A DNA stretch of 64,000 bases from Polyangiaceae bacterium (GCA_015075635.1 JABTUA010000002.1:1738708-1802707), one strand, 5' to 3'. Shown: positions 10,883-20,763, numbered from the stretch's first letter. Notes: generated from the letters alone by a model not told the origin. Program-made: numbers and translations.

Positions 10883-11614
10883 CTACTTCGACTCCTCCCG
10901 GCAGATCTCCGCCTGGTCCTTCGGACACGACACGCGCACGTGGAAGTGATCGTCGTGCGGCATCGCGTCCTCCGGCTGCTTGAGCAGCGCGGCGACCTCC
11001 GCCACGTGCTTCTGGAAGGCCGGCTGCTTGGCGGCGTAGCCGAGCAGCCGCTGGCGCAAGCCCCGCGAGACGAAGATGTGGGAGAGCCCAGCGCGTTTGT
11101 CGCGCACCCAGGACTGCACCAGGAGCCAGTTGCGCCGATCGTCGAAGGTGTAGCCGCTGCCATCCGTGGCCTTGCCGTCGGCGCTGAAGGTCAGGAACTT
11201 CTCCGGCGTCACGGGCTTGCCGTTCGGGTCGAGCACGTAGAAGCCGACGTCGGCGTCGCGGCCGCTTTGGTGCGAGCGGTGCCCGCTGAGCGCACCGCCG
11301 TGCTTGGTCGAGAGATCCCCCACCAGCATCACCGAGCCGGGCGCCGCCTTGGCGATCTCCTTCGCGCTGCGCCCCAGCATCAAGACCAGCGCCGGGTGCC
11401 CGTAGCTCCTGTCCTCGCTGCCGGCCTTGATCGCCAGGTACTTGTTCTTCTTGATCCGCTTCGCGCGGACCTGCCAGCCCGCGTTCGGGTGCCCGACCGT
11501 CAGCGACATCAGCGAAAAAGGCGCTTTCGTGAAGCGCTTCGGCAGCACGCGGTCCGGCGCCGCGAGGGCCACGCCCGTCGCGAGCAGGATCGAAGCGGGA
11601 AGCCCCAGGCGCAC
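10883..11614 (-). CDS. mepA: Penicillin-insensitive murein endopeptidase (M74, MepA-like)
   Basis: Signal peptide, then HRSHQSGRDADV and DDHFHVRVSC LAS-type metal ligands. Confidence 0.85.
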   Translation of the reverse strand: MRLGLPASILLATGVALAAPDRVLPKRFTKAPFSLMSLTVGHPNAGWQVRAKRIKKNKYLAIKAGSEDRSYGHPALVLMLGRSAKEIAKAAPGSVMLVGDLSTKHGGALSGHRSHQSGRDADVGFYVLDPNGKPVTPEKFLTFSADGKATDGSGYTFDDRRNWLLVQSWVRDKRAGLSHIFVSRGLRQRLLGYAAKQPAFQKHVAEVAALLKQPEDAMPHDDHFHVRVSCPKDQAEICREESK

Positions 11615-11765
11615 GGCGTGACGTTAGCTCAGGCTCGACGCGGAGTCCCGCCGGGGGCAGACTGATTTGGTTCGGCCTGCGGCTTCAGCTCCGCCGGCGG
11701 CTGGGCGGCCATCAACTTCCAGTGAGCTTTACGCCGCCGGGCCGATCTGGTTTGACGAGCCTCTG

Positions 11766-12860
11766 ATGAAGACCGTCGTCGTGTTCGGCGCCACTGGGTT
11801 CACCGGCCGCTTGGTGGTCGAGTCGCTGATCGCGCAGGGAGTGCGGAACATCGTGCTCGGCGGGCGCAGCGAAGAACGCTTGCGCGAGCTGTCGCTCAGC
11901 CACGCGGGCCTGCCCTGGCGCGTGGCCGACGCGCTCGAGCCGCGCTCGCTGGGCCCGCTCGTGGCCGGTGCGCACGTCGTCGTGAGCACGGCCGGACCCT
12001 TCACGCGCTACGGAGAGCCCGTGGTCCGCGCCGCCTTGGCCGAAGGCGCTCACTTCCTCGACACGACCGGCGAGCAGGCCTACATGGCGAGGATCCTCGA
12101 GCGCTACCACGGCGCCGCCTGCGAGAAGCGCGTCGCGGTAGTCAACGCGCAGGCCTTCGAGTTCGGGCTCGGCTACTGCGCCGCCGCACTGCTGGCGGAG
12201 TGGGATCCGGCCTTGCACACCATCGACGTGTTCAACCGGGTCTACGGCTTCGGCGCCACGCGCGGCACGCAGCAGTCGGCCCTGTACCAGCTGGTGGAGG
12301 ACGCGCTCGTGCGCAAGAACGGCCGCCTGACCCGGCGCGGCCTGTCGCCGCTGCCGCTCTGGGTGACCTGGCCCGACAGCGGCAAGCGCGAGCCCGCGAG
12401 CCCGTTCCCCGGAGGCGAGGCGCTGCACCTGGTGCGCTCGCACCCGGAGGTGCTGAACGTGACGACGAACCTGGCCATGCCGGCGCGCGTGGCGCTGCCG
12501 CTGATGGCGGGTTGGAGCGCGCGGCCGCTGCTCCGGGCTGCGTCGAAGGCGGGGCTGTTCGAGCCGCTGCGCCGCATCGTGCAGGCCGGACCGGAGGGCC
12601 CGAGCGACGAGGCCCGCGCGAAGAGCGGGTTCAAGGTGCTGGCGCGGGGCAAGAGCGACGTCGCCGAGCGAGGCGTGTTGGTCAAGGGGCACGACGCCTA
12701 CGGCATCACCGGCGTCATGGCTGCGCTCGGCGCGAAGCTGCTCTGCGAGGGCGAACCCAAGGCGGTGGGCGTGATCTCCACCGATCAGGCCTTCGGCGCC
12801 GAGGCGTTCCTGAAGGCGCTAGAGCCGTTCGGCGTGACGCTCAGCCGCCACGAGCTCTGA
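11766..12860 (+). CDS. Saccharopine dehydrogenase-like NAD(P)-binding protein
   Basis: ATG at 11766 gives MKTVVVFGATGFTGRLVVESL, a Rossmann N-terminus. Confidence 0.8.
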   Translation: MKTVVVFGATGFTGRLVVESLIAQGVRNIVLGGRSEERLRELSLSHAGLPWRVADALEPRSLGPLVAGAHVVVSTAGPFTRYGEPVVRAALAEGAHFLDTTGEQAYMARILERYHGAACEKRVAVVNAQAFEFGLGYCAAALLAEWDPALHTIDVFNRVYGFGATRGTQQSALYQLVEDALVRKNGRLTRRGLSPLPLWVTWPDSGKREPASPFPGGEALHLVRSHPEVLNVTTNLAMPARVALPLMAGWSARPLLRAASKAGLFEPLRRIVQAGPEGPSDEARAKSGFKVLARGKSDVAERGVLVKGHDAYGITGVMAALGAKLLCEGEPKAVGVISTDQAFGAEAFLKALEPFGVTLSRHEL

Positions 12861-12861
12861 C

Positions 12862-14820
12862 CTACCACCAGAGCTCCGCGCTCGCGTGGTAGCTCCGTCC
12901 GGGCAGCGGCATGCCGACCGTGTCGTAGCGCTCCCGGCCCTGCAGGTTCTCCACCGCCGCCCGGAAGGCCAAGCGCTCCTGCAAGAGGAGCACGCTGGCG
13001 TCCAGGCCCAGGGACCAGTCTTCCCCGATCACCACGAGGCCGGCCGGATCGGCGACCCGCGAGGCGCGATGGCGCCCGCTCGCGCCGAGCGCCGCGCGGT
13101 CCACGCCGCCGAGATCCTTGCTGTACAGCTCGAGCCGCGCGTGCGCCGTGAGGCGCGACTGATACGGCAGCAAGTCGTTCCGCACTTGCCGGTCGTCGCT
13201 CGCGTCCCGCGGATCGGTGAGCGTCGCCGCCAGCTCGAGCCGCGCGTGGTCGAAGGCCTGGGCCGCCGTCTGGAGCTCGAGCCCCAGGACCCGGGCGCTC
13301 GCCACGTTGTACGGCCTCACCACGCCGAGGCTGGAGCGCCGGTAGGCGATCAGGTCGTCGGCGAAGCGCGCGAACGCGAACAGATCGCCGGACACCGAGA
13401 GCGCTCGGCCCCTCGCCGCTCCACGCACGCCGAGGTCGAAGGACAGCCCGCTCTCCGCCGCGAGATCCGGGTTGCCGAGCACGACCGCACTGGTTCCGTA
13501 GAGCTCGCCCAGCGTCGGGACGCGCGCGTAGCGGCCCGCGTTGCCGAGGAGCGACAGCTCCTCCAGCAAGCGGAGCTCCGCGCCCAGCCGCGCAGCCGGG
13601 GTCCACTCGGAGAGCGCCTCGGAGCCCCCCGAGGTCGCGTGGCGCTCCAGCGCGCCAGCCAGGCCCAACGAGAGCTCCGGCGAGAGCGCGAGGCGCGCGC
13701 TGGCGTCGGCGCGCGAGGCTTCGCGGCGCGCCCGTAGGCCGCTCGCCCCGGCGCGGTCGATCCCGAGCAGCTCCAGCTCTTCGCTGCCGCCCGCCCTGAG
13801 GCGGAGCGCCTCGGAGGCATACCAGACGACATGCGCTGCCTGGCCCACGCGCGCGCCCCGGCTCGTCAGCTCCGGCGCTCCGGTGGCGAGCTCCGCGCGC
13901 GGATCCCGAATGTGGTGCCGGCCGAGCAGCGCGCTGGTCGCGAGCTCGAGGCGACACTCGCCGCCCCCGGGACACGGCAAGGACGAGCGCACGCCGGCCA
14001 AGGTCCGCTCGATGCGAGCCCGGGCGTGCTGCGCAGGGATCACGCCGAGGCCGGTCACCCCTTGCTCGCGGCGGAAGCTCGTGAGGAGCGTCGTGACCTG
14101 CGCGCCGCGGCCGAGCCCGCTGCGACCGATAGCCCACACGTCCCAGGCCGCGGCGTCGGCGTTCGGGCGGCGCACCACCCGGTCGTCGGCGTCGGTCGTG
14201 GTCGTGCCGGCGTCGTCCACGTATTCGTAGTCGTTGTCGGCCCGCGCGTAGCGCACTCCGACCAGCGCGCCCGCCCCGCGCCCGACGCTCGCGCCCGCCA
14301 CGAAGCCGGAGCGCTCGCCGAAGCTGCCGATACCGAAGCCCGCGCCCAGCGTGGAGCGTCGCGGGAAGCGAGGCTCCAACAAGACGGCGCCACCGATGCC
14401 CATGCGGTCCGCGTCCTCCGGAGCCGTGCCCCGAAACACCTCGACGCGGTCGAGCATCCAGAGCGGGACCTGGGAGAGATCCGCGGCGCCGGTGACGTCG
14501 TCGTTCAGTCGGATCCCGGCCAGGTACACCGGCAGCTGGGCGCTCGTTGCGCCGCGCACCGAAGCCGTCGCGAAGTCCGCGCTGCTGCCGCTGCGCTGGA
14601 GCTGCGCTCCGGGCACCCGCTCGAGCACGTCCGGCAGATCAGCGCCGGCGGTCTGGAGCTCCTCGCGCCGGATCTGCGTGGACGCCGCGCTCGGCTCGCG
14701 CCGCGACGAGCGCTCGAGCTTGTCGTCGCGCACCACCACCTCGACGGGGGGCTCCTCGGCGCTCGCCACCGAGGCACACAGTCCGAGCCCGAGGACGAGG
14801 CCCGCTGCCCTCACGGACAC
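12862..14820 (-). CDS. TonB-dependent receptor (cobalamin-regulated, BtuB-like by context)
   Basis: GTG starts at 14820/14814 give a signal peptide (RAAGLVLGLGLCASVASAEE). Plug-like N-terminus, long beta-rich body and an aromatic C-terminus (...AELWW). The arginine-rich 5' extension in the ORF track is rejected. Confidence 0.85.
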   Translation of the reverse strand: MSVRAAGLVLGLGLCASVASAEEPPVEVVVRDDKLERSSRREPSAASTQIRREELQTAGADLPDVLERVPGAQLQRSGSSADFATASVRGATSAQLPVYLAGIRLNDDVTGAADLSQVPLWMLDRVEVFRGTAPEDADRMGIGGAVLLEPRFPRRSTLGAGFGIGSFGERSGFVAGASVGRGAGALVGVRYARADNDYEYVDDAGTTTTDADDRVVRRPNADAAAWDVWAIGRSGLGRGAQVTTLLTSFRREQGVTGLGVIPAQHARARIERTLAGVRSSLPCPGGGECRLELATSALLGRHHIRDPRAELATGAPELTSRGARVGQAAHVVWYASEALRLRAGGSEELELLGIDRAGASGLRARREASRADASARLALSPELSLGLAGALERHATSGGSEALSEWTPAARLGAELRLLEELSLLGNAGRYARVPTLGELYGTSAVVLGNPDLAAESGLSFDLGVRGAARGRALSVSGDLFAFARFADDLIAYRRSSLGVVRPYNVASARVLGLELQTAAQAFDHARLELAATLTDPRDASDDRQVRNDLLPYQSRLTAHARLELYSKDLGGVDRAALGASGRHRASRVADPAGLVVIGEDWSLGLDASVLLLQERLAFRAAVENLQGRERYDTVGMPLPGRSYHASAELWW

Positions 14821-15560
14821 GCCGCGTTCACGATCCCGACGGCGTCGAGGTCGAAGACCCCGTTCATACCCTCGAGATCCGCGCGATCGGTGACGCGCAC
14901 GAAGCGCGCTTCGGCGACGCCGACGTCGGCCAGATCGAAGGCGTCGCCGCCGGCGACCGCCGGGTCCAGCGGGTCGACCGCGTTCTCGTCCGCGTTCGCG
15001 TACACGGGGTGCCAGCCGGCGCAGCTGCCGTAAGGCGCGGCGCTCTCCGTGCACGGGAAGGCCGTCCAGCTCTTGCCGTCGGTGCTGACCTCGACCGTCC
15101 CGAGCTCTGCGAAGGGCGCGTTCGGATCACCGCCGGCGAAGAACGCGTTCTCGAACACGATGAAATCCGGACCCGGACCGTCCACGATCCGGGTCTGCCC
15201 GAAGGCGACGGTGACGTGCCCGCCGTTGCCGAGGGAGACCACGTCCAGAGAGCCTTGCTCGTCGCCGCCGCCGCGGGGCGGCCCGAGAATGGGCCCCGGG
15301 AACGCGGCTTGCCCGATGTTCTGCCCCGATCCGAAGGCGTGATCGACGGCGCTCGTCACGAAGCGCGGGCAGGGGTCGGCGCCCGCGCTGCCCGCGGCGC
15401 CTGAAGCGCCGCCGCTCGCAGGTGCCCCCCCGGCGGCGCTGACGCTGCCGTGCCCCCCGTTGCCACCGGACGCCGCCGCGGCGCCCCCCGAGTCCTCACT
15501 ACCGCATCCCGCCAAGCACAGCGCGAGCAAGAGTGTCGAGAGCCGATCCTGATTCGTCAT
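14811..15560 (-). CDS. Lipoprotein, first gene of the riboswitch-controlled operon
   Basis: MTNQDRLSTLLLALCLAGC lipobox and a Gly/Ala/Ser linker. Its stop overlaps the receptor start. GGAGG lies 5 nt upstream of the ATG. Confidence 0.8.
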   Translation of the reverse strand: MTNQDRLSTLLLALCLAGCGSEDSGGAAAASGGNGGHGSVSAAGGAPASGGASGAAGSAGADPCPRFVTSAVDHAFGSGQNIGQAAFPGPILGPPRGGGDEQGSLDVVSLGNGGHVTVAFGQTRIVDGPGPDFIVFENAFFAGGDPNAPFAELGTVEVSTDGKSWTAFPCTESAAPYGSCAGWHPVYANADENAVDPLDPAVAGGDAFDLADVGVAEARFVRVTDRADLEGMNGVFDLDAVGIVNAACP

Positions 15561-15599
15561 CGTGACCTCCGGGCGAGGCGCGCGCCCATTCGGTGATTC

Positions 15600-15812
15600 A
15601 CCTCCTCGGATCCCACGTCGCCGAAATGGCGGCGCTTCCGAGGTCCCGACGTTCAGGTCTTCTGACTTCCCGTTTGGCCCGGTCGCCTTCCCGGCTCTCG
15701 CCAGTGGCTTCGTTGACCGGACCGTCCCGAGTTACAGCGGCGGCTCCGTGCCGGATTCTCACCGGCTTCCCTTGGTGTCGGTCCCGATTCGGTAACACGG
15801 CCCTACCCGCCA
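15600..15812 (-). promoter_or_regulatory. Cobalamin (B12) riboswitch
   Basis: Minus-strand RNA reads ...AAGGGAAGCCGGUGAGAAUCCGGCACGGAGCCGCCGCUGUAA...GAAGCCACUGGCGAGAGCCGGGAAGGCGACC...GGGAAGUCAGAAGACCUGAACG. The conserved core is at 15748-15773, GCCACUGG at 15701-15708 and the B12 box at 15654-15667. A CCUC/GAGG hairpin overlaps the SD of the downstream gene. Confidence 0.9.
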
Positions 15813-15867
15813 CGCAATCACCCCGACCGCTCCACGCGCTCTCCCTCGGCCGAGCACGCGACGAGCG

Positions 15868-17379
15868 TTGGATGAGGCGATGACCCATGAGCTCCCGAAG
15901 AAGATGGCCGACCCTCCCGCGCTCGATCCCCGCCAGAGCCCGCCGCCGCGCCGGCGCCACGCGCTGCTCGTCAACCCGTTTTACCGCAAGGACCCGCACG
16001 CGAGCTTCGGCAAGCACGTGCTCACGCCGACCCTGGCGCTCACGAGCGTGGCCGCGGCCACGCCGCCGGACTGGAGCGTCGCCTACTGGGACGAGAACCT
16101 GCTCCAGGGACCTCCCCCTCTCGAGCCCTTTCCCAGCGTGGTCGGCATCAGCGTCCACCTCACCTTCGCGCGGCGCGCCTACGAGCTCAGTCGCTACTAC
16201 CGGCAACGCGGCGCCAAGGTCGTGCTCGGCGGGCTCCACGTGCTCTCCTGCCCCGACGAGGCGGCGCTCCACGCCGACGCGCTCGCGCTCGGCGAGGGCG
16301 TCGGGCTCTGGCCGCGCATCCTGGCGGACGCGGACCGCGGCGCGCTCGAGCCGCGCTACTTCGGCAGCTTCACCGCGCCATTCCGAGAGGACCCGCCGCC
16401 ACGACGCGCGCTGCTGCCGAGGCAGCACTTTCTCACCTCGACGAGCCTGATGGCCACCCGCGGCTGCCACAACCGCTGCGGCTTCTGCTACCTGGCCACC
16501 CGCGGGCTCGCGATGCCTTACCAGATGCGCGACCCCGCAGAGATCGCCGCCGAGTGGCGGGCCGAGGGCACGCCGTACGCCGTGTTCCTCGACAACAACC
16601 TGAGCTCGAGCCCTGGCTACCTCTCCCGCTTGTGCCAGGCCCTGGCGCCGCTCGACAAGATCTGGAGCGCCGCGGTCAGCATCGACGTCACCGACCGGCC
16701 TGAGCTGGTGCGGCAGATGGCGCTCTCGGGCTGCACGGCGGTGTTCGTGGGCTTCGAGTCGCTCCGCGGCGAGAACCTGGCGGAGGCCCGGAAGAAGACG
16801 CCGCGCCCGGAGGACTACGCGCGGCGCGTCGAGCTCCTGCACGACGTCGGCATCGCCGTGAACGGCAGCTTCGTGCTCGGCTTCGACCAAGACGGGCCCG
16901 ACGTATTCGCACGCACGGTGGACTGGATCGAGGCGGCCCGGCTCGAGTGCGCGACCTTCCACATCCTGACGCCGTACCCGGGCACGCCGCTCTACGCGCG
17001 TTTGAATGCCGAGGGGCGCATCCTCCACCAAGACTGGGACCTGTACGACACGGCTCACGTGGTGTTCCGGCCGGCCAGGATGAGCGAGCGCGAGCTCGCG
17101 GAGGGTTATTCCGAGTGCTATTCGCGCCTATTTTCCGCGGGTTCCATCTGGCGCCGCCGCCCGGCGCGGGCGAGCGAGCTGCCGAGCTACCTGGCGATGA
17201 GCGCCCTCTACAAACGCAGCAACGCACTCTGGCCGCTGCTCATCGAGCGAGGGCTCACGGCCCGCGTCTGGCACCCGATGGTGGAGGCCGCGCGGCGCCG
17301 CCACGTCGCGTTCCGGCGGCGACTCGCGGCGAGCGGCGCCGCGCGCGGCTACTTCGCGCCTGCTTACGCCGGAGTCTGA
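15868..17379 (+). CDS. B12-binding domain-containing radical SAM protein
   Basis: CxxxCxxC cluster ATRGCHNRCGFCY preceded by a roughly 190-aa B12-binding-type N-domain. 503 aa. Confidence 0.88.
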   Translation: MDEAMTHELPKKMADPPALDPRQSPPPRRRHALLVNPFYRKDPHASFGKHVLTPTLALTSVAAATPPDWSVAYWDENLLQGPPPLEPFPSVVGISVHLTFARRAYELSRYYRQRGAKVVLGGLHVLSCPDEAALHADALALGEGVGLWPRILADADRGALEPRYFGSFTAPFREDPPPRRALLPRQHFLTSTSLMATRGCHNRCGFCYLATRGLAMPYQMRDPAEIAAEWRAEGTPYAVFLDNNLSSSPGYLSRLCQALAPLDKIWSAAVSIDVTDRPELVRQMALSGCTAVFVGFESLRGENLAEARKKTPRPEDYARRVELLHDVGIAVNGSFVLGFDQDGPDVFARTVDWIEAARLECATFHILTPYPGTPLYARLNAEGRILHQDWDLYDTAHVVFRPARMSERELAEGYSECYSRLFSAGSIWRRRPARASELPSYLAMSALYKRSNALWPLLIERGLTARVWHPMVEAARRRHVAFRRRLAASGAARGYFAPAYAGV

Positions 17380-17449
17380 TCGGGACGCAGCTGCGTCCAC
17401 CGAGGTCCCTTGTATGTCGACCCGAGATGGAGCTAAAGGAGCGCGCATC

Positions 17450-17626
17450 ATGAACCCTGTACCGAGCCAGAAGCCCGTCGCCGAGCTCGAAGATCCGTGG
17501 TTCGCCGAGCCGGCGCCCATCTCCACGGAGCAGCCCACCGTCGCCGACCCCGAGCTCGACGGTGAGTGGTTCGCCCGCGGCCGTCCGCTCTCGAGCCGTC
17601 CGCCGCCTCCCGACGCCGAGGCGTGA
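17450..17626 (+). CDS. Small acidic Pro-rich protein (58 aa), unknown function
   Basis: AAGGAG lies 8 nt upstream of the ATG at 17450. GC3-rich codons. Duplicated W-F motif (EDPWFAEP / DGEWFARG). Confidence 0.5.
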   Translation: MNPVPSQKPVAELEDPWFAEPAPISTEQPTVADPELDGEWFARGRPLSSRPPPPDAEA

Positions 17627-17635
17627 GCCGTCTTC

Positions 17636-18061
17636 TCACTCGATGTCGAGTGAGAAGCTGACGACCTTGTCCTTCTCGAAGCCGAGGCTGTTGTAGAAGT
17701 TCAGCACGGTCGTGTCCGCCTTCACGAGCGGCGTGATCTTGACCTTCGGCCCCCGCTCGCTGTGCGCCTCGCGCAGCCGCGCCATCAGCTGCTTGCCGAT
17801 GCCGCGGCCTTGCTGCTCCGGGTGCACCATCAGCTCCTGGATGTAGAGCACGTGCCCCGTCTCGCGCTCGAAGGAATACGCGAGGATGCCGCCGCCCAGG
17901 CGCCCGTCCTCCACGGCCACCAGGCAGGAAGCCGGCTCGAAGCGGTAGAACTTCTCGATGTAGGCGCGCGCTCCGTCGAGCGACCACTTCGCGTGGTACG
18001 CGGCCAGGTAGAGCTCCGCGACGCCCGCGACGTCGCCGTCCTGCATGCCTCGGATGTCCAT
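17636..18061 (-). CDS. GNAT family N-acetyltransferase
   Basis: Acetyl-CoA motif QQGRGIGKQLM. 141 aa. Confidence 0.88.
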   Translation of the reverse strand: MDIRGMQDGDVAGVAELYLAAYHAKWSLDGARAYIEKFYRFEPASCLVAVEDGRLGGGILAYSFERETGHVLYIQELMVHPEQQGRGIGKQLMARLREAHSERGPKVKITPLVKADTTVLNFYNSLGFEKDKVVSFSLDIE

Positions 18062-18141
18062 GCGCGCGTTCTAGCAGAGCGAACGGGCGCGCGTCAGCTC
18101 CCGGCAGCGCGCGAAGGTCGCTACGCAGCGTTTGCGCGCTC

Positions 18142-18600
18142 TCACTCTTCCTTGGGGACGGAGCTGCTGAGCCGAAGCGGATTCCGCGCCGGGATCCCGG
18201 CCCACACCTCCTTGCCGCAGTACGGCGTCAAGGAGCCGGAGACCCGCTTCGCCGAGCCGCGTCGGTGCAGCGCGAGCGCGAGCGAGACCGGCTCGCTGCC
18301 GCAAGGACCGCCGCTCACGGCCGGGCTCGAGAGCTTCGCCGTGTAGAGCACCACGTCCGCCTCGGGGAAGCGCTCGAGCCTGCCGTGGCCCGTCAGGGTC
18401 GCGAGATCTCCGGCCACGCCGAAGCCGCGGCTGAGCGTCACGCGCACCCCGAGCTCGCCGCCGCGCCGCTCGATGCGCACCTGGGCGTGCTCACGGATGT
18501 CGACGTCGAGCTCCAGCGTCTCCACGTCCGGGCTCGCCACCTCGGCGTTGCCGCAGCCGAGCAGCCCGAAGAGCGGGACGAACCAGGTCGAGCGCCTCAT
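18142..18600 (-). CDS. Hypothetical lipoprotein
   Basis: MRRSTWFVPLFGLLGC lipobox. ATGA overlap with the upstream gene. Confidence 0.7.
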   Translation of the reverse strand: MRRSTWFVPLFGLLGCGNAEVASPDVETLELDVDIREHAQVRIERRGGELGVRVTLSRGFGVAGDLATLTGHGRLERFPEADVVLYTAKLSSPAVSGGPCGSEPVSLALALHRRGSAKRVSGSLTPYCGKEVWAGIPARNPLRLSSSVPKEE

Positions 18601-20366
18601 CGCGACAGCCTCCGGGCGACGTTCACGCTCCGAGCGACGGCGAGCGCTTGCTCCGCCGTGCCCTCCACCACGTGGAACACCCAGGTGTCACCCTCGCCGT
18701 CCGCGAGGGTCTCGTCGCGCATCTCGATGTCGCCGCTCTCGCGGGTGATCTTCGCGGCGAGGTGGACCCGCGCCTGGTCCTTGATCAAGAAGCGGTTCTT
18801 GCCCAGGCTCACCAGGCCCGTCGGCAGCGCCAGCTGAAAGCTCTCGAAGCTGAAGTCGCTGCGCCGGTACTTGGCCAGGTTGTCGTCGTCCAGGGCACGG
18901 GTGATGACCAGCTCGTCCTCGAGCTCGCCGGGAAAGCCGACGACGATCGCGGTCGAGGTGCCAGGACCGATGGCGAGCTCCAGCCGGTAGTGCCCGGCGC
19001 CCAGGCTCTCCCAGCTGGCTAGGACCGGGCGATCCCCCGCCTCGACGCTGGGCTCGAAGAGCGCCGCCACCGCTTCGCCCCGGAGCTCCAGGCTGCTCCC
19101 CGAGCTCATCGTGCCCAGCTCGGGATCGATGCTGGCGCTGCCGAAGCCGGCCGCGTCTTTGGCGCGACGGATCACCTCGCGCGCGATGCGCAGCGCCTCC
19201 GTGCAGTGCGCGATTCCGTATTCTGCCTCGCCGCGGAACGGGTTGATGCCGGAGGCGTCGGTGACCTGCCCGAGCGCGAGCAGGCGCCAGGCCGCGTCGA
19301 GATCGGCCCGGGCGTCGATCCCGGCGACCTTGGCCGCGGTCTCGGCGGCGACGAGCTCGCGATGCCCGAGCGCGCCGAGCGTGCGTACCTCGTTGTCCCG
19401 CTCGCCCTCCCAGATCCCCTTGCCGCCCAGCCAGCGCAGGACGCCGTTGGTGCTGTTGGGCTGCCAGGTACCGTCGAAGAGCGGCGGCATCGGCGCGTGC
19501 GGCACGCGGTCCTTCAGCGCGTCCACATATTGGTCCACTGTGACGATCTTGTAGCCCTGAGCCTCGAGCCCGAGCAGCTCGTCCTCGTACTTCTTCACCT
19601 CCTCGGGCTTGTGCTTGAACACGTCGGGCAGGTAGGGGTTGAGATCTCCGGTCGCGAGCAGCTCGCCGTCGTCGAGGAAGGTCCACGACATGCCGACGTC
19701 CACGCTGCCCTGCTGGTAGCTCGCGCCTTTGCCGCCCTGAATCAGGAAGATGTCACCGAAGGCGTAGAGCGGCTCCGCCGGCTTGTCGCCGTGCTGGAAG
19801 CTCCACAGGTTCTTCGGCCAGACCATGTTGCGATAGCCGAGGTCGGCCATGCGCGCCGCCAGCGCCTCGCCGGCCTGCCCCTCCTGGCAGAACACCGTGC
19901 GCGACAGCGGCACGTCGTGTTTGGTGAAGGTGGCCTGGGTCAAGGCCTGGGAGCGCCGCCAGTCCTCCGCCGGGTAGCCGATGAACAGCTGATCGGAGTA
20001 GTGGAAGCTCACCACGTCGATCTGCCCGCTCTTGGCCAGCTTCCGGAGCTTCGCCAGGACCGCCGGGTGACGCGCCGCGAGCACGTCCAGGAAGTAGCCC
20101 TGGAGCTCGATGTCCACGCCCCAGCTCGGGTGCTTCTCGTACAGGTCGATCACCGGCGCGAAGCTCTCGGTGACGATCAGGTCCTCGACCGCGTCGTTGT
20201 CGAGATCGAGCGCCTCGTTCGGCAGGAACGAGAAGCCCATCATGCCTCCGGCGACGTATTGCACGTTGAAGTGGAACACGCCGAGCGCGTAGCGCTCCTG
20301 CGCTTCGCTCCGGCGCACGAACGCCAACACCGAGAGCGCCACCAGGAACGCGAGCACGCTTCGCAT
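18597..20366 (-). CDS. Secreted glycoside-hydrolase-like protein (GH57/GH38-type N-domain, tentative)
   Basis: Signal peptide MRSVLAFLVALSVLAFVRRSEA. GVFHFNVQYVAGG and VVSFHYSDQLF segments resemble GH57/GH38 barrels. The function call is weak. Confidence 0.6.
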   Translation of the reverse strand: MRSVLAFLVALSVLAFVRRSEAQERYALGVFHFNVQYVAGGMMGFSFLPNEALDLDNDAVEDLIVTESFAPVIDLYEKHPSWGVDIELQGYFLDVLAARHPAVLAKLRKLAKSGQIDVVSFHYSDQLFIGYPAEDWRRSQALTQATFTKHDVPLSRTVFCQEGQAGEALAARMADLGYRNMVWPKNLWSFQHGDKPAEPLYAFGDIFLIQGGKGASYQQGSVDVGMSWTFLDDGELLATGDLNPYLPDVFKHKPEEVKKYEDELLGLEAQGYKIVTVDQYVDALKDRVPHAPMPPLFDGTWQPNSTNGVLRWLGGKGIWEGERDNEVRTLGALGHRELVAAETAAKVAGIDARADLDAAWRLLALGQVTDASGINPFRGEAEYGIAHCTEALRIAREVIRRAKDAAGFGSASIDPELGTMSSGSSLELRGEAVAALFEPSVEAGDRPVLASWESLGAGHYRLELAIGPGTSTAIVVGFPGELEDELVITRALDDDNLAKYRRSDFSFESFQLALPTGLVSLGKNRFLIKDQARVHLAAKITRESGDIEMRDETLADGEGDTWVFHVVEGTAEQALAVARSVNVARRLSR

Positions 20367-20369
20367 GGC

Positions 20370-20723
20370 TCACGCTCCAGGGAACGGCGGCCAACCCAGG
20401 GCCCGCCCGCCCACGACGTGCAGGTGGACGTGAAACACGCTCTGTCCCGCGCCGGCGCCGCAGTTCATCACCACGCGGTAGCCCTTCTCCGCGAGGCCCT
20501 CGGCCTTCGCCACTTCGGCGGCCACCCGGAACAGGTGCCCCATGTCGGGCTCGTGCTCGGCCGCCACGTCGTTGATGGTGGACACGTGCGCTCGCGGGAT
20601 CACCAGCACGTGGGTCGGGGCGACCGGGTTGATGTCGCGGAACGCGAGCGCGCGGTCGTCCTGATGGACGACCGTCGCCGGGATCTCACCCTTCACGATT
20701 TTGCAGAATAGGCAGCCGTCCAT
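20370..20723 (-). CDS. HIT family (histidine triad) protein
   Basis: CLFCKI... and the HVHLHVVGG histidine triad. Confidence 0.92.
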   Translation of the reverse strand: MDGCLFCKIVKGEIPATVVHQDDRALAFRDINPVAPTHVLVIPRAHVSTINDVAAEHEPDMGHLFRVAAEVAKAEGLAEKGYRVVMNCGAGAGQSVFHVHLHVVGGRALGWPPFPGA

Positions 20724-20763
20724 CTCGACCCGGATGGTACCCGGTCCCTCGGGCCGCGAGCCC

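Noticed and set aside
17414-17449. ORF-track start at 17414 for the small protein (70 aa)
   Set aside because: The internal ATG at 17450 has a strong AAGGAG Shine-Dalgarno at ideal spacing, and the upstream ATG has none. The shorter 58-aa form is preferred.
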